The notes under the pieces were generated by a model. It was not told where the DNA came from. It was given only the letters and a program-made list of their open reading frames with translations, and searched no databases. From contig OZ038378.1 of NCBI GenBank assembly GCA_964036045.1, forward strand, positions 4,464,001 to 4,528,000: DNA of 64,000 nt, given 5' to 3'. Positions 36,462 through 50,350 of this stretch are shown here, in pieces (positions within the stretch are counted from its first letter, which is position 1; the number at the start of each line of letters is the position of its first letter). A program made the translations under genes and the position numbers. The DNA is from Eutreptiella sp. 'Long Island Sound 2002' (Eukaryota; Protista; Euglenida).

Positions 36462-39400
36462 CTAGTGGGTGCCTCCATTTTCAATGTCCTTTTCGCGTGC
36501 CCCGTGAGGGTACACATCGGCTGAGTCTGATGAATGTCGTCGCGTCTCTAGCACCGATGCGACGGAGTCTTGAAGACTGGCATCACCCACAGAAACACAG
36601 AAGACGCAAATAGTCTTTTATGGCGCCAGATAGGTAAACATGTCCGACCGCGTAAAAACCCCCCTATCAGATGCAAATATCCCCTTTCAGGTGGTCCTTT
36701 TTGCCAAATTCAGTATGGTAAAACCCCCCTCCATCACCCGTTTTTCGTACGAAAAGGAGTGTTTTTCGAAATAACAGGGGGTTTTGGAATGATGAAATGG
36801 ACGGATGTTGCTCCAGCCACGGGAAACCCTTAAGTTTGGGGGGGGCTCACCCCTAACTCCCCAAAAGTGCACCCGGTAGTGGGGGAGGGGGAGGGGGCTA
36901 TGATCATACAATTGCCATCTTTCTACAGGCATCCGCAGTGCACGGTTGCAATGAACAATCTGCTGCTGCATGCCACAACACCACTGCCCCACTGGTGCAT
37001 GTCATGGTTCTGAATATCACTGCACTGCGACCAGCACTTCATCAATCATCCAACCGAAGTTGTTGCTTGCAAGTCGGGTCTGTGAAAAGTGCTGTCCCAT
37101 TGTGCCAATGATGTATCTTACCAAAAAAATTGCAGTGTCTCCAACAGCAACCCTAATGCTCAGAGGAAACAGCATAGTGCCTCCAAATATCAGTGCCATG
37201 CATGTTACAAACGGATTTAATCAGTTTGAATATCAGGGGATAGCAGGAACCCCCCCTGTCTTGCAGATCATCTTGCAAAACCAAAATGTTCCACATGGGG
37301 TTTTCGACATATTTAGACAGAATCATGCCAGAATTGGGTGTCTGAAAAATTCTTGTCTAGAGGGGGGGGGGCCCGATCTCAGATTCCCTACAAAAGGGGA
37401 GGGGGCCTCTTACAAGGGGTCAAATGCGCTGAGGTGTCATGCCCCCATTCGCAAGTTGGAGCTGCCCCAGTAGGCCCAACTCCTGAAGTGGGCAGTCACT
37501 GCCGTGACCGAGACCCGGTACACTTTCTTGGGGTGAATGCCGCAGGCGCTACGCGCCTGGCACCGCTCACAGACTCACCAGTCTCTTCTCCCAACTGGAC
37601 TGCCGTGGATGGAGAAGACCAAGTCCTTCTGTGACATTCGTGGGAACCAATTGAGATGATTGAGATGCAACTGAAGCACATTGGTGGTCCCACGATGATC
37701 TCCTATGTGATAGTGTTGTCTGTGCTCTGCTGCGGGAAAACAGGGGAAATCACAGCAAACGGCCCAACTACAACGCTTTGTCCAACCCCCCACGGTCTCA
37801 CCCAGGCCCAAACCTTGTTTCTTTGGAGAGTTCCCGGCGCCCAAAACAGGGGGGTACATGGTCTTATGCAGCACCTCCATAATACCATGGTGAAAACCAG
37901 TAAGCAGCTGAAAATTCTGCGAGTCACTGGGGCTTTCACCCACCCCCCCCATCCAGGGATGCATTTGAAAAGAGGAGGGGGGGGGGGGAGGTCCGAAAGC
38001 CAAAATGTGTGTATCAACAATGGCCCCATTCAATATTTCCTTTTGTAAATTTCATTTCTCCCCCCCACTACAAAACCTGGAGTGAAAGGCCGGGAGGGAG
38101 GGGGGGGGGGTCATCCCTGCCTACTCCCCCCCCCCCTGCCCACTCCAGTGGGGCATTTCTGAAGCAGAAAACAGGACCTGATGCGGCTGGTAGTGCCCGT
38201 CCTGCATGTACTGCTGCACCTCGGGGGACAGGCGCGACTGTATCGCATCCGCACTGGCCGGCCTCTTGTTCGGCCACTGCCCCATCGCCAGCGCGGGGTC
38301 CATGGGGGCGTTGTGGGAGTGCCCGCCGCTGGGGAGGCGCTGCGTCCGTCCCGCCGCAGGCCCTGCGGTGGGGGCACCGTCCAAGGCCATGTAGACCGGG
38401 GCCGCGGCGGGGCCCCCCACAGCGTCCGCGGGACCGTCCTCCACCGCCTCCACCTTCACCCCCGGGAACGGCTGCACGCGATGCGGGGCGCTGGCGATGG
38501 GCACCGGGAGGTCGATGAAGTAGGACTGCCCGCCAACGGGCGACATGGGCCGGGCAGAGCCTGCGGCCGCTGGGGCACCGGAGTTCGTACCCGAGGCGGG
38601 GTCGATGGGGAGCAGCTTCACTGCGGGCGGATGGACCACACTGGCCGGCAGGATCCGTTTTGTAGACAGGCCGCGGGGCGATCCCGGGGGTGACGCAGCG
38701 CCGGGCTCAGTTGTGGAGTGCGGGGTGGGCGAGCCGCAGATGACACCCGCGATCTGACAGAATGAGAACAGAGCCTGACCCAGAGGATGACCTCCCGTGA
38801 TGCTCTCCGAGCCCCCCTACCCTCTATACCCCCTACCCTACGCTCTATACCTCAATGGCTTCTACCTTCCTGATGCGCTATACTCCCCCATCCTCTCCAC
38901 CTTCCCTGATGCTCGACAGCCCCTCAACGCTCTCCACATGGTCAACCACCAAGAAAATATGCAGCTTCCGCCACATTCCTCGTAGCGGACGATGGGAGGG
39001 CAATCCGGCTGCAGGTGCAGGGACAACATATTTGGGGTTGCAGGGTGGCTTTGAGGTGTCTTTGGCGACAAAAGCAAAACCACGATGAGCTGTGTCCTTT
39101 CAGGCCACCCTGCGATGCAAAGGTGCGACATGAGGCTTGCCATACTCGCCGCCCAACCCTTGCCATTTTCCCCACGTGCCAAGATGAAGTATTGTGGTGT
39201 GCTGTTCACTTCCATTTCCGCTCAAAACTTTGCGTGGAAATGGCTCGAAGTTCAAAGCACAACTCACCTCCTCGTGGAGCCCAACTCAGGTCTCAGGGCC
39301 CTGGACCCCACATTGCCGCAAGCCGGGGAAAAAAATCGCGGCTACGTTGCGCAACAGCTCTGTGAATGCCGTGTAAATTGTGTCAAATTGTCAAGTTTTG

Positions 39401-42400
39401 CGATGCAATTGGGTAAGGGTGTCTGTGGCACACATCTAAGCATGATGCATTGTTATTCGAGGCTTTTGACATGAGTTGGTGTCCCATCTAGGTACAAATT
39501 GTGCACTGCATCTCTCTATCACTCGCCTGCTTCATTGCCTTCAAGACAATATGTGGCATACAAAGAAATTTGGAGAAAAAGTTTTAGATTGGACCCTTTT
39601 CAGCCATGAGCGACATTTCCAACGGGTTGGATTCTTGTTGCATCTACACCTCAAAGCTGAGGCACATAGCTTTTACGGCAAAATACAAAGCAGCAAATAA
39701 TGGATGTGCATCACTGGTAATGAACGTGCGTCATCGATACCTTGGTGCAGGATCAACCGTGCTACTCCATGCTTCCACTCGGTGGGGAGCAATTATTTCA
39801 CTCTTCTACATCATCTCTATGTTGCACCGCAATTTGGGAGTTTGTATCATGACAATCGGGATACCAAGCTTGGTGATGCTAAAAACCCGAGACAATCTTC
39901 ACCTTGAGATCGATTTGTTACAAGGCAGAGATACCATGGTGACCTGGGCTTTCATGTTTGTTCATTCTGTTGCCCTCGCATACCTTAATGCCCTGTGGCC
40001 AAGCCCCTTAGTGGAGGTGGGCTCGCCAAGCAACATCGGCAGTGGTACCATCTTTGTAGGTCAACCAAGGACAGCCAAACTGCCAATTTGCATTAAGTTT
40101 GTCCTTTTCATCATTTGGCTGCGTGCAAGAGAAGTTCTGTGTGGGTCCTGCACAAGGGACACAAATGGTCCCGGATGCACATGACAAATGCACAAAAGAG
40201 CTTCAAGTTTTGCATTGCGGTGTGGAGGAGGGGTGGGATGACATGTGGATCATCCTTTGCAATCTCCAAACCAGCCATCACGTTCTTTGTGGAGGTGTGC
40301 AGAACGGTTGCGGTGTCTTGGCCGCAACCCAGCCACCCCTACCGTCTGGACCGCACAATCTATGAATTGCCCTTGGGGATTTTATTCACCTTGCTTGTGA
40401 AGCCACATGGAACGCAAGGCTGCAGATCACAACGATGACAACAAAGGAATGCAATTGCCTTCCCACCTCACAAATACCCTTTGTGCATCCAGTTACCTTA
40501 TATTGACTCAGTGCCACATGTTTTATCCCAAAATTACATCAATTTACATCCATTGACATGCCTTGACATTGGTTTAGGCAGCTTTCCCACGAAAGATTCA
40601 TCATCGGTGCAAATTGCCCAAGTAGACCCGGCTTGATTCCAACGGTGGTGACCGGTCCAGGGCCATAGAAAGCGAAGCGCAGGGGTCCGTGCAACCGCAC
40701 CTTTCGACCGCTGGGGGGTCAGGGAGGGCTTTCGTGGCACAAAGGAGTGTTGGGACCCACGTCACTCGATTCGAACACCATTCGAAGCCAAGAGCCGAGT
40801 ACTACTGACCACTGTAAATCTTGGGCACCACCACCAATGCACACGGACGCCTGTCTACAGCCCGTGCTGCGCCCCGGGATGGTGGAAGGGGAGGCCCCTG
40901 GACCTGTGCGCATATGGGGGGGGGAGGAAGGACCTCTGCAGACGCAGTATCACGAAACTTTGTGGGGGAGAATGGGACGTTTGACCCGCGTTTCGCTCTT
41001 GAAGGGGACATATGCCCCGAGTTGTGCGGGAATGAGCTGAGCCGACCTCTGCCAGGCCGCTCCAGGGCAGTCGCGGGGGCCCCAGGGCTGCCGCCGTCGG
41101 CAGCGGCAGAGGCAGACGAAGCGGGAGCCTGTGGAACAAAGTGGGCCTTGCGATCCGCAGAGGACGGGGAGGGGGCGGGTCAATGGACGAGGGCAGGGCG
41201 AGAAAGAAGGGGCAGTGCCAAGGCGTGCGCACGGAGGGGGTTGCCATCCCTCTTTGGGAACCACCTGTATGGCATGTCATCCATTCTGTGGGGTCCGGCG
41301 TCCCCGACCGTCGCCGCACCAACCGCCCGCTGGTCCAAGCCACAGCAAAAGTATCACCCGCGACGAGGCGGGAAGAAAATTGCTCTGCCGGGGAGGGGGG
41401 GGGGGGGGCATTTTCCCAACCCGCCCCGCCGTGCTGGGAGGGGGTCCGGGGCAGGGGGGTGCCCTACCTGCCGTGCGGGGGGGGGGGGGGGGGGCAAAAG
41501 ATATGGCTCAAAACGATCCCCACGTTGCGCTGATCATTTTGACTACACACATGCGGGGATAAAAATTTTGGTGGCCAAAAAATTTTTCGGGCCAAATTTT
41601 GTGTCCCGGCACCAACATCCATCCTTACACAAAGCAAAAGACCCCAGCACGGAAGCCCATTTCTCCATCCCCCCGCTTCCCACTTTCGGCAGGCGTCCGT
41701 GCCAACCCCCCCCCCCCCCCCCCGCCCGCCCGCAGAGAAAATTTCAGGTCGCCCGACACCAACACCTTCTGTTACTGGGATATGTGCGCTGATTGAGCAA
41801 AGGGAGCACGGGGTATTTTGGGACTCAAGGCTCTTGTATACCTCATTTGGGTGGCCTGAACCCTGGCAGGCATACTAGCCATGGGGGCTTACAGTTCGCT
41901 GGGGCGCAGTACCGTGAAGTCCTCTGAAACACTTCCATTACGTGCTATGCCCCGGTGTGAAATTCTCGTTCCTAGTCACCCTGTTCGTTGTGTGTTGCTG
42001 CTGTTGTTGCGTTCCTTTCGGTGTTCTCAGTGCCCTGAAGACGATGGGTTGGATCCTATCATCACTGATGCCATGCCCTATTTTTAGCGCTTGCAATCCC
42101 TTTGTAGACCCCAAAACCCGCCCCTACCCCACCCAAATAACTTCCAAAACATGTTTTTTTGAGTTCCCCACCCTCAAAATTGGGGGGAGGGTCCCTTGAG
42201 GCACCCCGTAGTAGGGGGTGGGGGGGGGGGGGCGGAAAGTGTATAATCGCCATTTTTTATATTTCTTTTGCACTCGTGTGACACTTCACTCCCCTCCTGC
42301 ATCCACTTCCAGGCCCCTTGCACAACTCAGCCGTGGTCAAGAGTGTACCGACCTTTGATGAACACCTTTTGCTCATGGGGGGTGGCCATTTTGAGGATGT

Positions 42401-44790
42401 CCTCTACCATGAGAAGTAGGGTGGCGAACACCCACACACCATTTGGAAAGCGCATTTTGGAGACAAATGGGGTGAAGGGAGTTGATTGAGATGGAACCCT
42501 GTTCCTTACGAATTGGGGCCAGGAGCCCCATTGCCCACGGGTCGTAGATCCTTCCCTGCTGTAAAAACTGTTGAATGGAGTCATGCATGCGCGGGACGAG
42601 GGTCTCTGGAAAAGACATAAAAACTTCAGCTGGGATACCGGCCATTCCCACAGAGGAGCCTTTTTTGAGCACCCCAAGGCTGTGAGACCCAGCTCTGAAA
42701 TTAGGGGGCGGAGGAGGAGGGGGGCCGCGTTGCGGATGGATGCCGGAGGGAGAGTGAGTTCAGATATTCAGTGCATTGTGCAATCGACGGCTCTCCCGTG
42801 CTCAACATCCCTTGCCAATCTTCCTGAAGGGCCCATGCCACATGGAGGAGGTCGTCAAGCAGTTGCCCATGTTTGTTGCGGTGGTTGGTCAGCCGTCTCC
42901 GCAGTTGCATTTCACGTGCAAGCCTGGCCATTTCCATCCGCCATTGTTGCTTGCCATGTGGGTTCGCAGGGTGTTCTGTGAGTATGCGTTTGAGAGAGTT
43001 CAGTACTTTGGTACTGCTTCTATCCACCGCTCCTTGGTCAGCAAGGGACGTCAGCATTGCACCGGCATGTGGCTTGGATTGAGGGGTACCCCCCCCCCCC
43101 TTGCGCAAGCACGGCCGCGGTCCCAGAAGTCAGGCCAAAACGGCGGTTCAACGCCCACCCCGTGCTTAGACAAGGCCGTGCATGCGCATGACACATGTGA
43201 CAGCCAGACCGGGAATAACATTGTTAGCCATGACTGAAAATCACACCAGAACAAGCAGCATGGGGTTCCAATGTGTAGTACAATGTTGTTATGAACAGAA
43301 TGCACCATCACAGACATGAATGAGCCCCTCTTTCCCTGTACAAACGCTCTACAGACACCCAATCCTCCATTCTGGACCACAAAAACAGTGGTCCCAAATT
43401 TTCCTCAAAACGGCGGTTCAACGCCCACCCCGTGCTTAGACAAGGCCGTGCATGCGCAAGGGGGGGGGGGGGGGGGGTAGGGCCGCGGGAGGGCCGAAAT
43501 GCCCTTGCCTGTGACGAGGTGAAATCTCTCAAGGAGTCAATCAGGAGGACCTATACCTCATGTCGGCCTGTGGGGCTGTGGGTGCGTTGAGCGCCGCACG
43601 TTTAATTGCCTGCGATGCCTCTTCCCACCACTGTTGGGCTGCGATAAGTTGAGGGGGGGGGGGGGGGGATCTTCATCCAAGCTGCATCGGTTCGCCAGTC
43701 CAAAGAGATATGCTACGAGCAATCAAGATGAACCCCAAAGCAGTCATCCGTCACCAATGTCTACATCCACATCGACAATCAACCTTCGACAGTTGGGCGG
43801 TCTTGGGTCGGCAGGACACGCTGCCTGCATGCTACTAGGGCTTGAGGGGAAGGTGGGGGGTGGCCGCTGCGCAGTGAAGGCCCCCCACTGCACCACTGTG
43901 GCTGTGTCCTCGATGCCTCAGGGCATTGTGTGCGGGGGGGGGGCCTCAAAAGGTCGGGTGCCTCCACACGGCCTTCATTGCCCCATCAGTTCACCGAGTG
44001 GCAGTCCGCGCAATGCCCCGCTGCAGGAGGGCTGCCCGCCCCTCTCCTCCCGGAAAGGGGTCAGAGCATGCGGTCCCCTGCCTTCCCTGGTCCTTACTCG
44101 GATGTGCTGCTGGAGACTGTGTCACCGACGTGTCGGCGAGGGGCGGGGGTGGACGTTCTGTGCCTCGTACTCCCCCGGGCACCCCGGGCAACAGCCGCCA
44201 CCGTGTGTTTTCTTTTTGGAGGGGGTCATGGGGTATAGGGGCAGTAGCAGCGCGGAGCCGCCCCGCGCTGCACCGGCCGCACTGAAAGCCCCGAGGCCGA
44301 CGGCAAAGCGGGGCCGACCGCTCCCACCGCCGTTGCGGTACCCTCACGCGCGGAGGCAGACCTGGCGGTTGACGGAGGCGGCGTTGGTTTGGGGTCCGGA
44401 GGGGCCATCCGGAATCAGGACGTACTTTGTCTTTTCGGCGCCGCGGCGCTGGGGTGAGCTCTGCCCGTGCGCGTTGCGAGACGTGGCGGGGCCCGGCGGC
44501 GTGGGCTTGCCGTCCACAGGAATGGGCACGTACTTTGTGGTGGTCCGCGGCGAGGGTGAGGCGTCCATCAGCCGCGCGGAACTGCTCGGGACGGCGCCCG
44601 CCACTTCGTAGTGCAGGCCGTCGTAGTAGGTAGGCATGGCGTCGTATTGGCGGTAGGTGTGCAGGGAGTGGGGGTGTGCGGGCATGCCGCGGGGCTCCAT
44701 GCGGGGGTGGGGGTAGGAGGTGGGGTACGAATGCGGGTGCCCCGAGGGCATTTGCGGCATTGCCGATCGGTGGTGCCGTGCTTCAGGCGT
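36462..44790 (-). CDS. 3' exons of an unknown Pro/His/Ser-rich protein (exons 44790-44362, 38753-38178, ~37616-37567, 36576-36462)
   Basis: Each exon has an AG acceptor and GT donor, and the phases are compatible (0,0,0,2). Translation TPEARHH...SVNRQ/IAGVICGS...YQPHQ/KDLVFS...RRD C/LQDSV...DIENGGTH*. Low complexity, no family recognised. Confidence 0.5.
42270..43020 (-). mobile_element. LINE (non-LTR) ORF2 remnant: linker and RT domains 0-2, frameshifted
   Basis: KKGSSVGMAGIPAEVF...WAMGLLAPIRKEQGS..SLHPICLQNALSKW followed by FIKGRYTLDH. Confidence 0.85.
43089..43477. mobile_element. MITE with poly-C/poly-G-terminated TIRs and TA target duplication (Tc1/mariner/pogo-type)
   Basis: TA|CCCC..CTTGCGCAAGCACGGCC ... 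GGCCGTGCATGCGCAAGGGG..G|TA, with TA at 43087-88 and 43478-79. Confidence 0.85.
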
Positions 44791-45239
44791 CTGGGGTAAG
44801 TGTGGGATGCGGCTACATGAGACGTCACAACATGTAAACGCTGTGAGAGAATGCAGCGATGCGACGAACGGTGAATCACACTGTACAGGGGGCATTCCAT
44901 AGGTGCAGGTTGGGCACCGCGCAGTGGGATTGGTGTCCAGTGCCGTGCCGCTTGTATGACCCTGGGGGGGGGGGGATTGCGGTCCCCCAAGCCTGAAAAA
45001 ATTGGGGTAAAATTGCGGAAAATTGCGGAACATTGCGGGAAAATTGCGGTAAAAATTGCGGTACATTTCTTTTTTGGTCCCCAGACTCTATGCCAGCCAT
45101 GAGAAGCAGTGGAGCACAAGATTTTTTGCAAAAAGGTTTTTTTGACCAATTATGCACCCAATTGGCAATTTCAGCACATAGCATGCACAAAGCACCAAAG
45201 CCTTCAGCACAAGCATCTAATCCAACCGTCGTTCCACGT

Positions 45240-45580
45240 CACCATTATAATGAGCCATGAAAGCCACACGACGGGCATTGTCGCTCATTGAATGCCTCTG
45301 GCCCGTATCAGAAGATTTGCCAAAGGAAAAGAACTGCTCCACAGAGCCAGTCCCCATCACCATGCAAACGAGGAAAAGGACACACGGTCTTCAAAAAGTG
45401 ATGCAGGGCGGGCCTCCCACCACTGGAGGAGATGTGCAGGACCAGTTATGTCCCTAAACTCTGTCCCCACATATGCCTGCCATTCCTCTTGAGCCCCAGC
45501 AATGGTATGCAGCTTTAGCGATGTGTAATCTGCCAAAGAATGTGAAAGGTCAGAATCACTGTCCCCAGAAGTAGATGACA
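45240..45580 (-). mobile_element. hAT transposase C-terminal dimerisation domain remnant
   Basis: QEEWQAYV...LLQWWEAR followed after a frameshift by GTGSVEQFFSFGK..QRHSMS. Confidence 0.7.
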
Positions 45581-45949
45581 TTTTGGGAACACAAAAACAG
45601 AAAAGCGTCCTGCCACGCAAATGACATGCAGGACAGATGAGAACACAGAAACGTACAGTGTGCCTAGTGACAGCAAAGGGAGAGAAAGATTTTTCCTCAG
45701 GGGAAAATTGAAATTTTTGAATAGAGGCATCACTGAAAAATTGCAGTAAATTTGCGGTAAATTGCGGGCCTCAATCCCCCCCCCCCAAGTATGACCTGCT
45801 TTCCTTGATCGACGTCGTTTGTGCACGTGCGGGAGCAGGCCACAAAAGATCAGGATGTCTCACGACGTGCTTGCAGAGGGGGGAAATGGCATTTTGGAAC
45901 TTGCTCATCTAAATTTCCCCAGAACATTCGTGCAAATTCCCCCTTATTC

Positions 45950-46130
45950 TGTGCTCCCCCTTAACCACAATTTGGGTGGTGATCCAAAAAGTTTTGCATC
46001 CCAAGAAATTCTCAGCCCGACTTCTATGAAATCCAACTAACTTTTTCGACCATCCATCAGTGAAGACTAGGACAAAACCCTCCTCCTTGAGGAAATTCAA
46101 GGCACTCAGCGATGCACACTCATAGTTCAT
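45950..46130 (-). mobile_element. RNase H-like fragment of a retroelement
   Basis: GFVLVFTDGWSK...RAE resembles the RNase H xxTDGS...RAEL motifs. Truncated. Confidence 0.4.
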
Positions 46131-47253
46131 TGTGCTGCTGTGCTCATTGCCTCTTCACCAGTCAAGACTCGCTGATGTCCATGCTACAAGCACTGTACTA
46201 CAAATGCAGTCCAACCCTCACCCCCCCTTGACCATGAGGCTAACCCCCCTCCCCGCATTCTAATTCGCTCTGAGCACTCTGCATGTCCCTCCTCATCTTT
46301 GTGGAAGACTTGGACCAAATGACACAGGACATGGTTTGCAAAGCTTAGTGTTGATGCATTGGAGCCCATGAATTGTTTGCTAAAGCAACGGCACAATTAG
46401 CACAGCAATGAGGGGGTTGACGATGGGCTATCTGGATACACAAAAATCTTGGTATCCACACCATTGGAGGGTACTTTCGCAAGCCACAGGGCATGATGAG
46501 GGTGCCTAACCTGGGAATAATTCTCTTACAACCCCCAATTCTCTTACGGGGGGGGTTTGCATTTTGTGCCTAGTCAATTTCACGGTGGCAAATTGCGGTG
46601 CGGGAAATTTCGCATAAATGCCTGGATTTTGTGTGGTAAATTTCATGGACACTCCCAGAAATGTTGTGGTGTGTAGGGCTTTGCAGGCTCAGTGGTGCTT
46701 AGCCACAGGTGCCATTCACAATGCAAGGGAGATACATCTGCCACACTACGCCATTTAAGGCTAGGAACCTTTTCTCAAATTCAAAACCGGTCATTGTGGC
46801 CATAAAAATGTCCAATACCAGTGATTGGTTTTTCTCAGAAAAAGTAAAATCAGTCATTAATTCTTATGTGCCTTCAACCCCAAATTCCCACCATTACAAG
46901 TGATGTATGCAGCAATAAAGCTTGTAACTATTTTGCAGGTCGATTGCCAAATACTTGGCTTCATGCAAAAACCTAAAACCCGTTGTTGATTTTTTTGTCA
47001 AAAACAAACCTGGTTATTGTATTAAATTGATGAGGCTGAACAGGTACTGGTTATTGGCGGTACCTGAAAAACTGGTCTCAGGCCCTGACATGCTTTTGAA
47101 CTTTGACAGTGGAATTCGACTTACACCCTAGGCAAGGGCAACCGTAACTCCCTGTTAATCACCCATCTCCACCAGCCGGCAATGAGGCGCATCATCACTC
47201 TAGACGTACCACCACTCAAGCCATCATAATGGCTCACAAGAGCGTTCTGGGAG

Positions 47254-47721
47254 GTGGGATCTGAGGGAAGGTGGGTGTCAAATGCAGCATTGAAACAGTG
47301 CAAACACCCTCAGAGGATTTGTAACCACACATGTGATATGGGGGACTTGGTTCAATCGGCTTGGCATTGCATGTTACACAAGTGTAGTGTGAATGAAATT
47401 TTCCCAAACACCCAATTCTGCAATCTCCTTCCAACTCTGTCCGACGAACTACTCTATGCGTGGAACATGATATGTATGCGAGGTAGCTGGCATTCTGAGG
47501 ATGGCGTGGGCCTACCAACATCCGATTCGCTTCTGCTGAAGGACGATAATGGGTTAGAGAGTGTCAGGCAGGCCAGAGACTTGCATCCTATCTCCGCGCC
47601 ACCCATCACATCGAGTTGGATGTGCCAGATGAGCCCCCACCACCAGGGAACACTGACCCTGGGGAGGGTGCTATCTGGATGGGGCAGCTCCCGCTACTAC
47701 TGCACCAAGTGGAAGAAGTAG
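47254..47721 (+). mobile_element. Degenerate LINE RT N-terminal fragment
   Basis: SLLLKDDNGLESVRQARDLHPIS resembles the LxxK...xRPIS motif. Confidence 0.4.
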
Positions 47722-48324
47722 GGGTTGCCATTCACGGTGTCCAGGAGAGCCTGGCTTTAGCACAGTAGGGTGGGGGTCTCATATGGGGTCTGTTGGGTGT
47801 ACCACTGAGAACAAGCGGCGAAGCGCCTAGTGTCTCCGCCCACTAAACAGTGACTGTGTATGAGTGGGACAGTCTATAGAGATGGTCCATGGCTTCCACT
47901 GTCACAACAGGTCTTGTGGACCTGTCAGGTTAACCCTCTTGAGCGTCCCATTTGGCTTGGAGTCCGTGGATGCCCGCCAGAGGATATGTGGTCCACCAGG
48001 TCAGGTTAGTCCTCCAAATGGGTAGCAAGCGCTACATTGCCAAGGTTGGTCATGTGTGGTTTGGCGGAACCCACGTGCTTTATCATCATCAGTCTCCACT
48101 TCACCAATGACCCAAAAAGCAAACGATGTTGAGCAAAGTCGTTGCAAATGTAAGTCATGTTTCCCTTGAGATGACCGGACTCTAGTAACAGAACCTTCTT
48201 AGAGGGAGCTTGTGAACCTTAGTTCACAAGCCCCTCAGGAGTGCTTGGACAGGGTCCAAGCTTCACCGTGTGAGGATCAACATTGGGACCAATGCAATAT
48301 GAGAACCACCCTGTCATCACCCTG

Positions 48325-49156
48325 CATGTACATGACACCCAGCCCGGCAGCTCGGAATGGAACGGCGGTGAGGCTCGGCGGCGGTGAGGCTCGGCAGAAA
48401 GTGAAGTAGCCAATGGCGGTGTCGGCCGGCCGAACCGCCGGGCGGCGGTCCGCCCGGCCGAAATCGGCCGGCCGAGACCGCCGCCGAAGATTTCGGCCGA
48501 AAATCCGGCCGACACCGCCGGACGGCGGTCCGGCTGACCGAACTGCCGGCTCGTTCCGATACACCCCCCACCCCATGTGCCTCTTGAAAAAGCAACCCCC
48601 CCCCCCCCCTGTGGCCCCTTAAATAACATGACTCCTGCGGTGGCCACAGACCACCTTGTGTGTGCTCCGCCTTGTGGGCGTACCGCATTATTGTGTGTAC
48701 CGCCTTGCCTGTGGCCCGTGAAATAACATGACTCCTGCGGTGGCCATAGACCGCCTTTTGTGTGCACCGCCTTGTGTGTACACCGCGTTATGTGTGTACC
48801 ACCTTGCCTGTGGCCCCCTAAATAACATGACTCCTGCGGTGGCCACAGACCGCCTTTTGTGTGCACCGCCTTGTGTGTGCACCGCGTTATGTGTGCACCG
48901 CCTTGCCTGTGGCCCCCTAAATAACATGACTCCTGCGCCGGCCGAACTGCCCGGCGGCACTTCGGCCGGCCGAACCGCCGGGCGGTGGTTCGGCCGGCCG
49001 ATTGGCTGGCTGAAGTGCCGGGCGACGGTCGGCCGGATCGGCCGGCCGACACCGCCGCCAAGCCGAACCGCCGGAACCTAACCGGCCGAGCCGAACCGCC
49101 GCCGAGGGTACCACCGGTTCATTCCGTCCAGCCCACCCCGGCGGTCATGTATCATG
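48325..49156. repeat. Foldback-like element: imperfect TIRs, CGGCCG-rich subterminal blocks, central ~99-bp tandem repeat x3.3
   Basis: CATGTACATGAC...CGGAATGGAAC at left and GTTCATTCCG...GTCATGTATCATG at right. Tandem units start at 48609, 48709, 48808 and 48907. Confidence 0.7.
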
Positions 49157-49666
49157 GACCAGACCAGTCCAATGGCCGCCACCAGGAAGCAACATGGTTA
49201 GGATTAGCCGCAGTAGTATGGTTGTTTCCCCCGTCTATCGCGAAAGCAGCCGTGGCACCACCCCACGGGCCTCAAGGGCCCAACCAGGCCACCAAGATCC
49301 TCCCAGCATGCGTGGTAGCATGGCCCAGCGTGGCCTGGCATGGAGGTGGCCTGGCAAAGGGGTTCCTCCCGTACCCATCCCCATACGCCCCGATCACACC
49401 CACCAAGGGAAGGGTATCAGCCTACTAAGGTCCAGACCATATCAACGATGTTCACTAGGGCACCGGTCTATCAATGTCCACATTGCTGCTGCGCAAGGGG
49501 ATGCATTGCAGATGTAATGAACCGGTTCCTGCCCACCAGCCCCCAACGGTGGCCCGGTGGAGTAGGAGTAACAGCGAGACGTTCGAGCGAAAACTAGTCC
49601 TGGGAATGGTCCGGGTTGCTGTTGTGTAGGGATGTCGCAGGGAGCAGGTCATATTACGAAGGGAAA

Positions 49667-50350
49667 TCAGCATGGGCCAGCAGGAAGGAGGCTTCCAGGG
49701 GAGTTCCGGGCTCCTGGAGTCAGACATGTGTGGCCAGCAGCAATCACAACCATAGGCTGCCTTTGGATCCAACAACCAAAATATGACGTCTCTGCCCCCA
49801 CTGCCCCAAGCGGAGGAAAGACAAACAAGGGGGGGAAAGGAAATCGAGAGATTGCCAGCCCCCGTAACGGGCCCTCTTCACCGCTTACGGCCATGAGTTT
49901 TCTGTTCATGTGATCTGCTGCTCGGGGCGTATCAAATTGGTACGGGAAAAGCTCTTTGGACAGGAATTGGGTAGTGGAAGGTCCGAACGAACGCAAACCT
50001 TCTAACCCTCTGCGGGAGGGGGGCATTTTGGGCGAATGCTGGTTCAGGATGGGCAGTTTCTTGCATCGGGTGCTTTGTGCACATTTGTGCCGGACTAAGC
50101 AGTATTCCGCATTTCTTGATGGGATTGTATGATGGATGTTTCGATGGTTTCACAGTTGGTTAGGGTTCTGTTGATGTGCAGGGCCCGGGGGCGACCATGA
50201 TTTGGTGATAAGATATTGAGCAATGTGGGGATGAGACCTGCTGACTGTGAGGGCCATGAATCAAGGCTCAAAATGCCGGGGTCCAAAATAAGGGGGCAGG
50301 GAGGGTTTTCTTGAAGACCAGCGGGGGGTCTGGGACGCTGACTGCTTCTG
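49667..50350 (-). mobile_element. DIRS/Ngaro-like retrotransposon RNase H and downstream domain remnant
   Basis: Across frames: LHINRTL (HINxLE-like), HHTIPSRNAEYCLVR (HIPGxxNxxADxLSR-like) and LFVFPPLGAV...PMVVIA (FPP motif). Confidence 0.45.

Noticed and set aside
40534-40740. WAICTDDESFVGKL resembling a transposase C-terminal DEDFVG motif
   Set aside because: A single short motif with no supporting upstream domain.
48219-49061. 280-aa ORF
   Set aside because: An open frame created by GC-rich tandem repeats.
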